Assembly (NCBI RefSeq): GCF_009914755.1
Contig: NC_060928.1
Origin: the human T2T-CHM13v2.0 reference genome, Homo sapiens
Direction: 5' to 3' (one strand)
Length of the DNA: 64,000 nucleotides
Of the stretch, positions 14,551 to 31,203 are shown piece by piece. The first letter of the stretch is position 1, and each line of letters opens with the position of its first letter. Both the position numbers and the translations under genes were made by a program. The notes beneath the pieces were generated by a model that made no database searches, was not told where the DNA came from, and saw only the letters and a list, made by a program, of their open reading frames with translations.

Positions 14551-14770
14551 TGTGCACCTCTTTTTATTATACTTTAAGTTTTAGGGTATATGTGCACAAT
14601 GTGCAGGTTTGTTACATATGTATATGTGTGCCATGTTGGTGTGCTGCACCCATTAACTCGTCATTTAACATTACGTATATCTCCTAATGCTATCCCTCCC
14701 CCCTCCCACCACCCCAAAACAGGCCCCGGTGTGTGATGTTCCCCTTCCTGTGTCCATGTGTTCTCATTGT

Positions 14771-18596
<3,826 letters not shown>

Positions 18597-18644
18597 TTAT
18601 TTTGCATGTTAGTTGATGCAGTTCCTTCCTATCCTTGAAGGTCT

Positions 18645-19653
18645 TTACAATTTGGCATGTTTTTGCAGTGGCTGGTACTGGTTGTTCCTTTCCATGTTTA
18701 GTGCTTCCTTCAGGAGCTCTTTTAGGGTAGGCCTGGTGGTGACAAAATCTCTCAGCATTTGCTTGTCTGTAAAAGATTTTATTTCTCTTTTACTTATGAA
18801 GCTTAGTTTGGCTGGATATGAAATTCTGGGTTGAAAAGGCTTTTCTTTGAGAATGTTGAATATTGGCCCCCACTCTCTTCTGGCTTGTAGAGTTTCTGCC
18901 GAGAGATCAGCTGTTAATCTGATGGGCTTCCCTTTGTGGGTAACCCGACCTTTCTCTCTGGCTGCCCTTAACATTTTTTCCTTCATTTCAACTTTGGTGA
19001 ATCTGACAATTATGTGTCTTGGAGTTGCTCTTCTCGAGGAGTATCTTTGTGGTGTTCTCTGTATTTCCTGAATTTGAATGTTGGCCTGCCTTGCTAGATT
19101 GGGGAAGTTCTCCTGGATAACATCCTGCAGAGTGTTTTCCAACTTGGTTCCATTCTCCCTGTCACTTTCAGGTACACCAATCAGAGGTAGATTTGGTCTT
19201 TTCACATAGTCCCATATTTCTTGGAGGTTTTGTTTCTTTTTATTCTTTTGTCTCTAAACTTCTCGCTTCAGTTCATTCATTTGATCTTCCATCATTGATA
19301 TCCTTTCTTCCAGTTGATTGAATCGGCTACTGAGGCTTGTGCATTCATCATGTAGTTCTCGTGCCATGGTTTTCAGCTCCATCAGGTCCTTTAAGGACTT
19401 CTCTGCGTTGGTTATCCTAGTTAGCCATTTGTCTAATCTTTTTTCAAGGTTTTTAACTTGTTTGCCATGGGTTTGAACTTCCTCCTTTAGCTCGGAGTAG
19501 TTTGATTGTCTGAAGCCTTCTTCTCTCAACTCGTCAAAGTCATTCTCTGTCCAGCTTTGTTTCATTGCTGGTGAGGAGCTGCATTCCTTTGGAGCAGGAG
19601 AGGCACTCTGATTTTTAGAATTGACAGTTTTTCTGCTCTGTTTTTTTCCCCAT
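18645..19653 (-). pseudogene. L1 ORF1 (RNA-binding protein), frameshifted
   Basis: Fragments WTENDFDELREEGFR and KRPNL..IGVPE..REKG..YPAKLSF..QKHAKL; ATG at 19653. Confidence 0.93.
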
Positions 19654-20674
19654 CTTTGTGGTTTTATCTACCTTTGGTCTTTGATGATGGTGATGTACAG
19701 ATGGGGTTTTGGTGTGGATGTCCTTTCTGTTTGTTAGTTTTCCTTCTAACAGTCAGGACCCTCAGCTGCAGGTCTGTTGGAGTTTGCTGGAGGTCCACTC
19801 CAGACCCTGTTTGCCTGGGTATCAGCAGCGGAGGCTGCAGAACAGCAGATATTGGTGAACGGCAAATGTTGCTGCCTGATCATTCCTCTGGAAGTTTTGT
19901 CTCAGAGGAGTACCCGGCTGTGTGAGGTGTCATTCTGCCCCTACTGGGGGGTGCCTCCCAGTTAGGCTACTCAGGGGTCAGGGACCCACTTGAGGAGGCA
20001 GTCTGTCAGTTCTCAGATCTCAAGCTGTATGCTGGTAGAACCACTACTCTCTTCAAAGCTGTCAGACAGAGACATTTAAGTCTGCAGAGGTTTCTGCTGC
20101 CTTTTGTTTGGCTATGCCCTGCCCCCAGAGGTGGAGTCTGCAGAGGCAGGCAGGCCTCCTTGAGCTTTGGTGGGCTCCACCCAGTTTGAGCTTCCCAGCC
20201 ACTTTGTTTACCTACTCAAGCCTTGGCAATGGCGGGTGCCCTGCCCTCAACCTGGCTGCTGCCTTGCAGTTTGATCTCAGACTGCTGTGCTAGCAATGAG
20301 CGAGGCTCCTTGGGCGTAGGACCCTCTGAGCCAGGCATGGGATTTAATCTCCTGGTGTGCCGTTTGCTAAGAGCTTTGGAAAAGCGCAGTATTAGGGTGG
20401 GAGTGACCCGATTTTGCCATCTGTTACCCCTTTCCTTGGCTAGGAAAGGGAATTCCATGACCCCTTGCGCTTCCCAGGTGAGGCATTGCCTCGCCCTGCT
20501 TCAGCTCATGCTCGGTGCACGCACCCACTGTCCTGCACCCACTGTCCGACAATCCCCAGTGAGATGAACCTGTTACCTCAGTTGGAAATGGAGAAATTAG
20601 TCATCTTCTGCGTTGCTCACGCTGGGAGCTGTAGCCTGGAGCTGTTCCTATTCGGCCATCTTGGCTCCACCCCC
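19654..20674 (-). promoter_or_regulatory. L1 5'UTR internal (sense and antisense) promoter region with YY1 site
   Basis: AAGATGGCC on the minus strand at 20654-20662; GC-rich L1PA 5'UTR. Confidence 0.75.
20229..20567 (+). CDS. L1 antisense ORF0 homologue, open, C-terminally extended to 112 aa (expression unknown)
   Basis: MAGALPSTWLLPCSLISDCCASNERGSLGVGPSEPG...RVGVTRF matches L1 ORF0p (MAGAPPPASLPPCSLISDCCASNQRDSVGVGPSEPG...). Confidence 0.6.
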   Translation: MAGALPSTWLLPCSLISDCCASNERGSLGVGPSEPGMGFNLLVCRLLRALEKRSIRVGVTRFCHLLPLSLARKGNSMTPCASQVRHCLALLQLMLGARTHCPAPTVRQSPVR

Positions 20675-20989
20675 TATGTTGTGCACCTTGAACAAAGTCC
20701 ATCTTTGTCAATTAAATACTTAAAAATTTGAAAATAGAGAAAAAGAGCCCTGTCTCCATATTTGGTCTACATATTTCCTTATTACAAATAGTGCAACATA
20801 TATCCACAAGAGATTTGGTACTCTATGAATTCTGTTGATGATAATTTTTATTATAACAGGAATTATCATGGTTATTGATACCATTTTATATGCATATTTC
20901 CTCTTAGAAATTCAAAACTGATTAAAAATTTTGGAATGGTTTAAAGTTGCTTGATTGCTTGCTAACCACTGAAAATCACAAATTATTAT

Positions 20990-21304
<315 letters not shown>

Positions 21305-21707
21305 CACAAATTATTTTGAACAGAACATACACAGAAAGCAGTGCAAAATTCTAAGTTTGGACTTAGGTAGAGTATATCTTTTAGTACTATTTTTTCTAAT
21401 ACAAATATCTTAAGATATATGTCATCAATGCATTAGGATGGATTTTACCTTTTTTAAAATTCAAACTTATTTTCTATTTTGTTGTCTATTAATGGAATTT
21501 TTGTGGTAAGAAACTGTATCTTAGAAGTGACATAATAATTAATATTTGCATATAGCTCTAAGTGTTTCAGAAGACATTTATATTTGTCTGTTGATAGTTT
21601 CATAAATCTTAAAAATCTGGGTTTAATTTTATCTAATTATTTAGAGGAGAAAACTGAAATAATAGAAAAGTAAAGTAAAACAGAGGAAGACTGGTAAAAT
21701 TAGGGGT

Positions 21708-22173
21708 TGTGGCCTGCCCGGGAGTGCACTGCTCAGATCTTCCTTCTGTGAGGAGACTTGCTGTGAGGACTGTAGTGAGCCGACAGCCTCCACCTCCTCT
21801 GCCTTCTGGATTTGCTGCAGTGCTCATGCCAAGGCCATGCTGTCCTTCCCTGGATGGCTTTCAGCTACTGACTGAGCATGGTGGGCTTCCTAGAGCTAAG
21901 CCTTCCCTGCCCATCTTGAGACTCTTGTGATAGGTCATCTAGATCCTGGGACTGCCTATTGTTCTGGCTGAGACATTCTCAGAGCTGCGCTGCAGTCTGA
22001 GGCACTTCTTATTCAATGTTCCTGCCTTCTCTGCTTTAACAAATGTCAGACCATTATTGCAGTGTGGGGCTCTCTCTATCTAGTTCTGTTCTAACCTACA
22101 CAGGAATATTCCCGAATAAATGTCTTGCAGTCTTGTGCTGGTGTCTGCTACATGCAGGACCTGAGATGATGCA
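21708..22173 (+). mobile_element. ERVL solo LTR, LTR33-like
   Basis: TG...CA ends; GCTCAGATCTTCCTTC, GACAGCCTCCA and AATAAATGTCTTGCA...GTCTGCT...AGGACC resemble LTR33. Confidence 0.65.
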
Positions 22174-22634
22174 GTGGCTTAATTACATTCATAGATATTA
22201 GAGATAGGTTTCCACTGGTGGAATTAGAGGCAATTGAGAAATGTTGTCTGGCTAAAATATTAAATGCTTTTCCTATTGTATAAATAGAGTATAAGAGTTT
22301 TTGCTGCAAAGAAAGATAAAGAAGCTTGTTGCAGACCAACCAAATTACAGGGAACAGCTAGAAAAGATAGGCAAAATTTGAATTAAAAATTTGAAGATTT
22401 TAATCATCAAGGACTTTTAGGCAAGCAGCAGAGATAAAACAAGAACAAAGAGTTAAACCCAATATTCTGACTATTTTCCATTAGAGGCATTTCAGTTTTT
22501 TAACCAGAGGGACAATAAACTAAAGGTTTGGTTCACTACAAAATTTCATCAGTACAATAGTCTTCTGTAGATGTACAAAAATGGGTACTCTCATAATGTT
22601 CTGTGGCATATATTTGGGAAAAATTACTTGAATT

Positions 22635-22740
22635 TATTTTTCCTTTCCAATTTGTATTTTAAGTCCAGGAGGTACACATGCAGGTTTGTTACATGGGTAA
22701 ATTGCATGTTGTAGGGATTTGATGTACAGATAATTTTGTG
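22635..22740 (-). mobile_element. Short L1PA (older) 3'-end fragment
   Basis: GGTACACATGCAGGTTTGTTACATGGGTAAATTGCATG. Confidence 0.75.
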
Positions 22741-23884
22741 TTCTCTGAAACATTATTTTGTGTTCTCTGGTTCTGTACACCAGAAATTTTACTTAGTGAT
22801 ATGTAATAAAAACAAATATTTCAAATGGTTGCTTCTAAATTTATATATTTGAATATATAGCTTTAATAATGCAAATTTAGCTATAATATTATCAACTAAT
22901 TATGGAATGGGACTTAATTATACTAAACACTTCTGTTGTTATTCAATTTGGAAACAGAATCTTCTGGAATCTTCTGAAAATCTGATTCTAGTTTGGATAA
23001 AAATGTCGTACCTTGCCACATAGGTATATTATGTGGATAGGTTTTATTCATTCTTTACTAAAGCAATGGGTGAAAAATCTCTAGAATGCCTATACATTAT
23101 TTTCCTACTAAAACAATTGTATTATAATATTATTTGATAATGGATGGTTGCTTAAGAATGCACCAATCCAATTGCAGTGGAACAGAAGGTATGTGGTGTT
23201 TTCCAGTTTTAAAATGTCATAAAATATTCATTATGTATTTCTTGCAATTATCCAGTCAGTATTAATATTTCCATTACACAAATGATGCATAAAGAATTCA
23301 AATAACTTGAATAAATTGAAAAGTCTGAATCATTAAACAAAAAGGAGTGATTGTGTTATTTATTTGGTCTATGATGTACCATTCTCAGATTTACTGTTTA
23401 TTGAAAATAGTAGTGGTGTTGGGCTGGGGCAAAACTTTTCCTAATATAAAAAGTATTTATGACATTATTAATTAATTGTCTAAAAGTCATCTGGATACAT
23501 GCTCCATTTCATTCTGAAACTATTTTTTAATGTTTGCAGGATTTTCAGAAATCATAGCTTAGTTCTAGCTACATATCATGTCTCATCAGCTGGCTGTCAT
23601 TTCCTAGCCTGTTGGCATTGATATTTTGGATTGGTTTGTACTTCAAATCACTTAGGCACTTAATAGCTTATAAATGTTTACACTGAGACCAAAATGTAGA
23701 TGAAGACAATTTTTGAAGGAAAACATCAGTTTGTATGCTAGCCCTGGACAATACCCAGTAACACTGGCTTCATTTTTCATTATTAGTTTCACTCTCTGTC
23801 TAGTAAAATCACGATCTCATTCAGCTTCACTTTTTATAACAGTCTAGTGACTTGAAAAAAAAAAACTTTGATATCATACATCTT

Positions 23885-24420
23885 TGTGGGAGAAATCAAA
23901 ATTAATTAAGGCATAAAATTTCTTATAGATTGCTACAATTTAGTCACTTCCTGCTGTATCTATGCCCTCACAGAGTTCCCCTCCATACTGATTCTGAGCA
24001 TAGAATCCATGTCTCTTGCTTTGGTAATTGGAAAGTAGTAAATGTGAAAAAAGCAGAGGCTTAAAAAGTGCTTATGCATTGAGATTCGTCCCTTCTTGAT
24101 GCCACTGAAATATTCTTCCCCAGGGTAGCTGTCACCTGATGAAAGACAATGATCATATCACTCCCATCACTCCAAATAATATGTACCTCCAATTGCCAGA
24201 CGTAAGACGTAAGAATGAGGCCATCCTAGATAAACCAGCTGCAGATTACGTGGCAGCTGACTGCAGATGCATAGGTACACTCCGTTGAGATCAGCAGAGC
24301 ATGGCTTACATCAGCAGAACTGTGTATCAACACAGAGAAACATGGAAAATAGTAAATGATGTTTGTTTTAAGAAACTGGATTTTAAAGTGTTTTATTAAT
24401 GCAGCTAAAGATAACTGATG
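23885..24420 (+). mobile_element. MLT1-family MaLR LTR
   Basis: GAGGCCATCCTAGA, GCTGACTGCAGATGCAT, terminal GCAGCTAAAGATAACTGAT. Confidence 0.65.
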
Positions 24421-26049
24421 AATTCAGTTTGTGTGGTCAGCCATAAAAATGTTTCACTCATTGGGTCTATTTTCAAAGGTCCAAAGCAAATATTTACTAG
24501 CAAATATTTTGAATAGTGGAGTCCAGGGAACATTTTTTTGGTAAGAAAATATAATGGAACTCCATTTATAGTTTTTTGCTCAGAATTATGGAAGTGGGGA
24601 GGAAATTTTGAAATGATATATTCAATGGTCAATGTAATAAAATAAATGCATACACTAATGATGCTTCATATTCAAATCAAAAGTGTTTATATGCACTTCT
24701 GCATTCCTTCACCCAATAAAATGTCTTAATTTTGCTGAAATTTGTAAGTAATTTAAAAATCTTTCTTCTACTTCTATGACAATTTCATTTCATAATGAAC
24801 ACTTCTGAAAATAGAATTTGATAGAGGAAGAAATAATTTCATTTTTATTAGTCAGATAACATGTAATTGTTAGTACATTTCCCATCCATCAGAGTTTTCA
24901 CTACTTCTTCCTGAGTCTGAGAGAAGGGGAATTATCTATTCACAGAAAAATTTGAATGTGGTTTATTGACAGGAATTCACTTCACTTTTAAAATTACTTA
25001 TGTGATAAATTTGTCATTTTTTTTCTAAAGGCAAAGAAAGAAATAAGAACATATTTAGTGATGAGCACACAATTAAATGTGGCAATCTGATTGAATATTT
25101 GTAGGCTTAAATTGTATTTTACAAAAAAGGGGTTATAGAAGATATCAAATAGCTTATGAATATATGCCTTTATTGGTAGACAGTAACAATATTCTTATTT
25201 ATTAATTGCTAAATTTTACTAACTTTAAAAAAAAGAGTACTGGTAGAACTGAAAAAGTCTAACACAGTGAGGTAGGTAGTGGATATAAGCTATAATATAA
25301 GTAGGTTCCTTGTACAAGTACACATCCTGAGAATATGTTTCAAGTATATAACATAAAATTATCAAGCCATTTTTTCTAAGGACTGAAATAATTAAAGGTT
25401 TTCACTAAAACTTTTATAATGTTTTCATTTTCAAATGTTTGTCACTTTCTAGCCAAGCAGGCAATAAATTTAGGAACTAATGCCCAAATTGAAAAAAAAA
25501 AAAGTGATAAACTGATAATCTGTGAATTACTTAAAAGGTGAAACTAAAATATTGGAGTAATTTGACCACCAGCAAATTATCATCTCTATTATTCTCCATT
25601 TTCCAAATTTTGTGAAACTCATTTACATACTTATTCAACAGAAAAATTCTATAGACAAAATTGCACATTTTCCAGGCTATTCTTTTATATATATTTGAGA
25701 TTCAATTATCAAAACACAATCACCCTATATAGTCACTAAAATGGCTATAGGGGAAAGATATATTAATGAATTTAGAAACCAGGTCTTTCAAAATCATACA
25801 TAATCTACAAAATAATTATGCTTGCCTTTGTGTAGCAAATAATTTATTTTCAACATATAAATTTTCCACTGATAATATAAATACATATAACCAAACTATA
25901 TTATGTATATGGGAAAAAATTATTATTTAGAAACTTCTTATAACCCAAGTTATCAACTATTTTACCTGTCTTAAAAATTCATGTGGCTCATTTTCTGATT
26001 TGTCCTCTCACCACATATTTTCTATTTATTATACCATCTAGCATAATAA

Positions 26050-26175
26050 TGCAATAATTTCAGTTAAAGTTTATGTCCTCTCTTTGACTGTGACCTTCTT
26101 GAGGGTCAGACCTGTTTCTTGTTTATTGTTTTATTCCTAATATCTGACACAGAAACTTAAAATCAATTGATGTTT
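26050..26175 (+). mobile_element. L2 3'-end fragment
   Basis: GACTGTGACCTTCTTGAGGGTCAGACCTGTTTCTTGTTTA resembles the L2 terminus. Confidence 0.5.
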
Positions 26176-28646
26176 TAAAAATGGTTCTCAGAGAATAAGC
26201 ATTTTCCTGTCAGTTTTTAAGAATTAAAAAAAAAAAATGCTCCATTTCCACCTTAAATCCGTAACTCATTTCCCAGAGGCCAAAGGTTCCCATTTCCACA
26301 TGAGATAATTCATTTAGATTAAATTTCCCTGTTTAAGGTAGAAGGTGGCAATCTAGCTGAAAGGATCAGATAGAGGTTAAAAAATGAAGTAAATGGAAAT
26401 TAAAAAATGGAAAGGTAGTCCAAATTATAAAATTGAGCTATAGCACCAGGATATTGTCTTATAGAAACAGAAAACTTTTTTTTTAATATTTTGGGTTTTA
26501 TGGACCTATTGATTGCATGGCATACATAGTAAGATAAGCAGGTTTTCTTGTCATTTTTACTGTAACATTGTTAACTAAAACAAAAAATAGTTCATAGAAG
26601 AAATTAATATTTTTAGATAAATGATACAATGCAAGTAAAATGGAGTCATGACTTAAATAACTGCAGTATTACTACATCTATTCTAAAATATTTTCAACAC
26701 GTAGTTCTCAAAATGTTGATATTATCCATGTAAATTATCATGAATAATTAGTGAATATTCATGAAACATTCATTGACATAAGTTTATAAGTATTGATTAA
26801 AATTCACCAATTAGTGTGCTTATGGACAATTTAACAAATGTGAAAACATAAAAGGCCATATTTTATGTACATATGTGTTGATGTGCTCTATTTGAAAAAA
26901 TTTGTATGAGCTTTAATGCTTTATCTATCCAAAATAAATTCATTCCTACTACGTTATGCCCATAAATCTTAGTGAATAATTTGGATGGAATTTATTTATG
27001 CCAAATAATATGCAACTTAATGAAAGAAAATGACATTTAGGTCATTTGCATTCTGTAGAATTACTCAGTTAACTAAGGCCATGTATTGAAAGAGGTCTTG
27101 ACGGCATTGGATATCTGTTTACTAAAAAGTAAAAAGAACCAAGAAACATTTTGTAACCTAGGTTTATTTTGCTTTTTAGACTTTGCTTTATTTGTGTATT
27201 TAATGATTGCCCTTACCCGCTGATTACTTCCCCAATTGTATGCATTACTCTTCCAATCATTTTCTGATTTCTTGTCATATGCTCCAAAGAGCATTTAGAA
27301 CCTTGCTATATTTCTTACTCTAGTTTCACACACTAGAATAAATAAAAACCACATAAGAAATCACCCCTTTTATCTTTGTTCCTAGTTTACATTTGATAAC
27401 ATATATTTAATATCCTTTTGGAAATTTATAAGCAGGTTCATCTAATTTATTATTAAATAAAACAGGTAAGCAAATTTAGTCCAATTCAATGAATAATTAC
27501 GGAGGATCTACACTGGGTAAACTGTATCAGATTTTGAGCGTACAAAATGTCTCTGATTTTTTAGAGCTCCTTTGATAATGGGGAAAAGAGATGGTATTTC
27601 TTGGGAAATATGAAGTTGAAAACTTAAATTTTAGATGATGTGTCGTGTCTCAATAAATTTTAGGACAGTGCTTCTTCCTTTAGAATAGATTGAGCAAAAA
27701 TATTTCTTACTGACCCGTCTTTTTACATGAGTAAAGAAGGAGAGAAACACTGTACTATGATGTTGACTCCAGTCAAAATGTCCTGAACCATCAGTGCTGG
27801 GCTGCTTAGGTTAGAGACAAAAGCCACTATCTTTTATGAATTTTGACATGTGCACTATAATGGACACATTCTATACTCATGTCCTTTCAGCAGGAAACAA
27901 TTGTTTTTCTGACAAAATATTTCAAAAAGATTCATTGTTTACTTTCCAGAGAAGACTGAAGCTTGACCTTGGGCTATCAGTTCCCAGACAGTTCTGCTAC
28001 AAGGCTCACAAAATAAATGTCTCTGCAATAACCAAGTTCCAAAATCTAATGGATATCTCCTGCTTTTCAAGTTTCCTTTTAAAAATGAATTCAACAACAT
28101 TGAAAGCATAAGGAAGCAAAACCAAGTGCTTATTTTGTAAAGTATCTTTGCTCATTATAAAAACCCAAACAGAAAATTCACATCTCATTATAAAGGGACA
28201 AGTAGAACGATGTAACAAGACCAGTAGCATTAATGAAATTGCATGGCATGGACATATTTTTTCTTCTACTCAAACTTACAGTTAGGAATTAATTCACCAA
28301 TTACTTAACCTAGTTCAGAGAATCCATGCATATAATTTTGTGGAAATTCAATGTAGAACAATTTATAGAATAAAATCTCTTGTTTAAATTTTTCAACTGG
28401 ATGTTCAATTATATTTGTAAATGTTCTTTGCATCAGAAATCAATACTTTAATTTTATATTGATTTTACTTTACAAAATCAACCATGTATTCTTACTTTAA
28501 AAAAAATGATGAGTGATATCAAGAGAAAACACAAAAATGGTCAATATTCTTAGTTATTATTCTAACATCTATTTAGGCTTCCATATATTTGTTTGTTAAT
28601 TCAATACTGAGATTATTGAAAATTTATTTTTTAAAAAACAAAAGTG

Positions 28647-28925
28647 GGCTGGGTGCAGTGGCTCACACCTGTAATCCCAGCACTTTGGGAGGCTGAGGCG
28701 GAAAAATCGCTTGATCCCAGGAGTTTGAGACCAACCTGGGCAACATAGGAAGACCCCCAACTCTACAAAATTAAGAAAAAAATGACCACATGCCTGTGGT
28801 TACAGCTACTTGAGGAGCTGAGGCGAGAGTATCCTTTGAGCTCAGGAGGTTGAGGCGGCAATGAGAGGTGATGGCGTCATTGACCTCCAGCCTGGGTGAC
28901 ACAGAGAGACCCTGTATCAAAAAAT
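28647..28925 (+). mobile_element. AluJ
   Basis: GGCTGGGTGCAGTGGCTCACACC start; AluJ-type CCCAGGAGTTTGAGACC..CTGGGCAACATAG and GAGACCCTGTATC. Confidence 0.9.
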
Positions 28926-28976
28926 AGAATATAATAAATTAAAATAAAAATAAATTAAAAGGAGATTTATAAACTC

Positions 28977-30179
28977 TGTCATTTGCCAAATGTATATCTA
29001 GGATGAAGTTTAAAAAGTTTTCCATAGAAAAATTCATAGCATAGGAGAAAGTTAAGGATATGAGTAACAATCCCAGCCTATGAGAAGAAGAAAGCCTTTG
29101 AAGTACTGTGTACTTGATCTGAGGGAGATAGCTCAAGAAGAGAGAAAATAGAATAAAGGCAGGAGATGAGATTAGGATAGTCTGGATTCCTCATAGTTGG
29201 GACAAACTTCAGGAAACAGGAGTTGTAGAGTTATCCTGTTGTATATGAGGAATCCTGCTTTCTAGGGCATAAGAAAAGAAGTTGTGTATGCATAGTGCCC
29301 TGTCCAACATAGTGTTTGGGAAGTGTATTTGCAACGTATGTTGGAGGAGGCAGAGAGGCTTACCTTATAGGAATAATTGGTCTGGAAGAGACCTGGACAA
29401 GTGGAAAGACATGCTAAAAATTCTAGAGGATAAGTCAGAGCTCTTGAACATTAGCAACAGGTGCAATTATGATCCTAAAAGGACAACTAAATCCATGGAT
29501 ATCACACACAATGATCAGGCCAGTGGAGCCATACCAGTTACACTCCAGCAAAGAGGAACAGGGACTTGAGGACAGATCACAGATCTATAAACATTTTCTT
29601 GGGCTTCCCATACCTCTTTCTCATCCCTCACCACCCCACAAACCGGGATGAGAAACTTTTTATCCTAGACACAGTCATAAAGGAGGGAGGAGAAGTCAAA
29701 CTTTAAGGCAGAGAAGAAAAGCCCTGATATCTAGGGCCTTTCCTTAATTAGTATTTACATGATTTTATATTTTTGTAATTTTTATTTATTTATTTATATT
29801 TCAATAGTTTTGGGTGTACAGGTGGTTTTTGGTTACATAGATAAGTTCTTTAGTGGTGATTTCTGAGATTTTTGGTGCACCTGTCACATGAGCAGTGTAC
29901 ACTGTGCCCAATATGTAATCTTTTATCCTTCATCACCCTCCCACTCTTCCCCAGCAAGTCCCCAAAGTCCATTGTACAATTATTATGCCGTTGGAAGCAA
30001 TTAAAATTAACTTACAAGTTTAACTTACCTGTTTTCCTCCCTGCTTTGCTCCATGCAAATACAAATCCAAAGCCAGGACAAAGTGAGGACTCCAGAAGTG
30101 AACTACCTAAGTTACTGAATGTAAAGTTATTCACTTTCTACACATCTAAATTTAGTGTGCAAATTTCAAACCTGTGACA
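28977..30179 (+). mobile_element. Possible ancient Gypsy-type LTR (MamGypLTR-like), interrupted by an L1PB fragment
   Basis: TGTCA...TGACA termini; 3' end TAAAGTTATTCACTTTCTACACATCTAAATTTAGTGTGCAAATTTCAAACCTGTGACA. Confidence 0.4.
29770..29988 (-). mobile_element. L1PB 3'-end fragment
   Basis: GGTTACATAGATAAGTTCTTTAGTGGTGATTTCTGAGATTTTGGTGCACC...CCCCAAAGTCCATTG. Confidence 0.85.
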
Positions 30180-30840
30180 AGTTTTAAAGTAAAATAAATG
30201 AATGCTCACTATTTAAAAATATAAACAATTTATTATTATTGTTTTAGGAAAGAAAAGTTATAGTTAACACACAAACACTGGATATCTTCTTTTTGCCCCT
30301 GCAGATCAGCTGTCTGTTCTTCTCCTCCCTGCTATGTGTCCAATATGCTGATGGTCATAAATGCACTTTTATTCTTCTGGCTTTCACTGGCTTCAGAAAA
30401 TGTGGAGTACCAGCAGGACCCAGGAATCCTGCAGTTCTGGGATCTGTCCCTATAGGGTAGTTGTGGGCTTGCTGTGTCTCTCAGGTGACAGTGACAGCTC
30501 TGTCCAGGTCCCTCCATGCAGTGCTGACTTCTTCCCAGAAACAGCCAATGCTACCAATGTCTTATGTGTCCTTCTAAAGTATTTTAAGTTTGCATAAATA
30601 TCTGTGTATATGGGGATTTTTATAATAACAGTTCTATATTTTTTCAAAATTACATTTAATAGAATATACTTTAAAATTTATTTACCTTGTATTCTATTTC
30701 TGAATAGAATACAAAACTCTGTTTTGTATATCATACTTATTTACTTATTTACTTAGTTAATATATCTTATAAATTATTCCCTGTTAGTTCATGTAGAGTT
30801 GCCTCAGTATTTTATGCTGGCTGCAATTTAACATAATATG

Positions 30841-31203
30841 TAACATGGTTAGGCTGTGTCCTCACCTAAATCTCATCTTGAATTGTAGCTCCCATAATTC
30901 CCATGTGTTGTGAGATGGACCTGGGGAGAGATAATTGCATCGTGGGGGTGATTTCCCCCATACTATTCTAGTGGTAGTGAATAAGTCTCACAAGATCTGG
31001 TGGTTTTATAAGGGGAAACACCTTTCACTTGGCTCTCATTCTCTCTCTTGCCTGCTGCCATGTAAGATGTGCTTTTCACCTTCCACCATTACAGTGAGGC
31101 CTCCCAGCCATGTGGAACTGTGAGTCCATTTAACCTCTTTTTCTTTATAAATTACCCACTCTCAGTTATGTCTTTATTAGCAGCGTGAGAGCAAACCAGT
31201 ACT
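30841..31203 (+). mobile_element. THE1 (THE1C-like) solo LTR
   Basis: Matches the THE1 LTR consensus; approximate TSD ATATG/GTATG. Confidence 0.88.
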
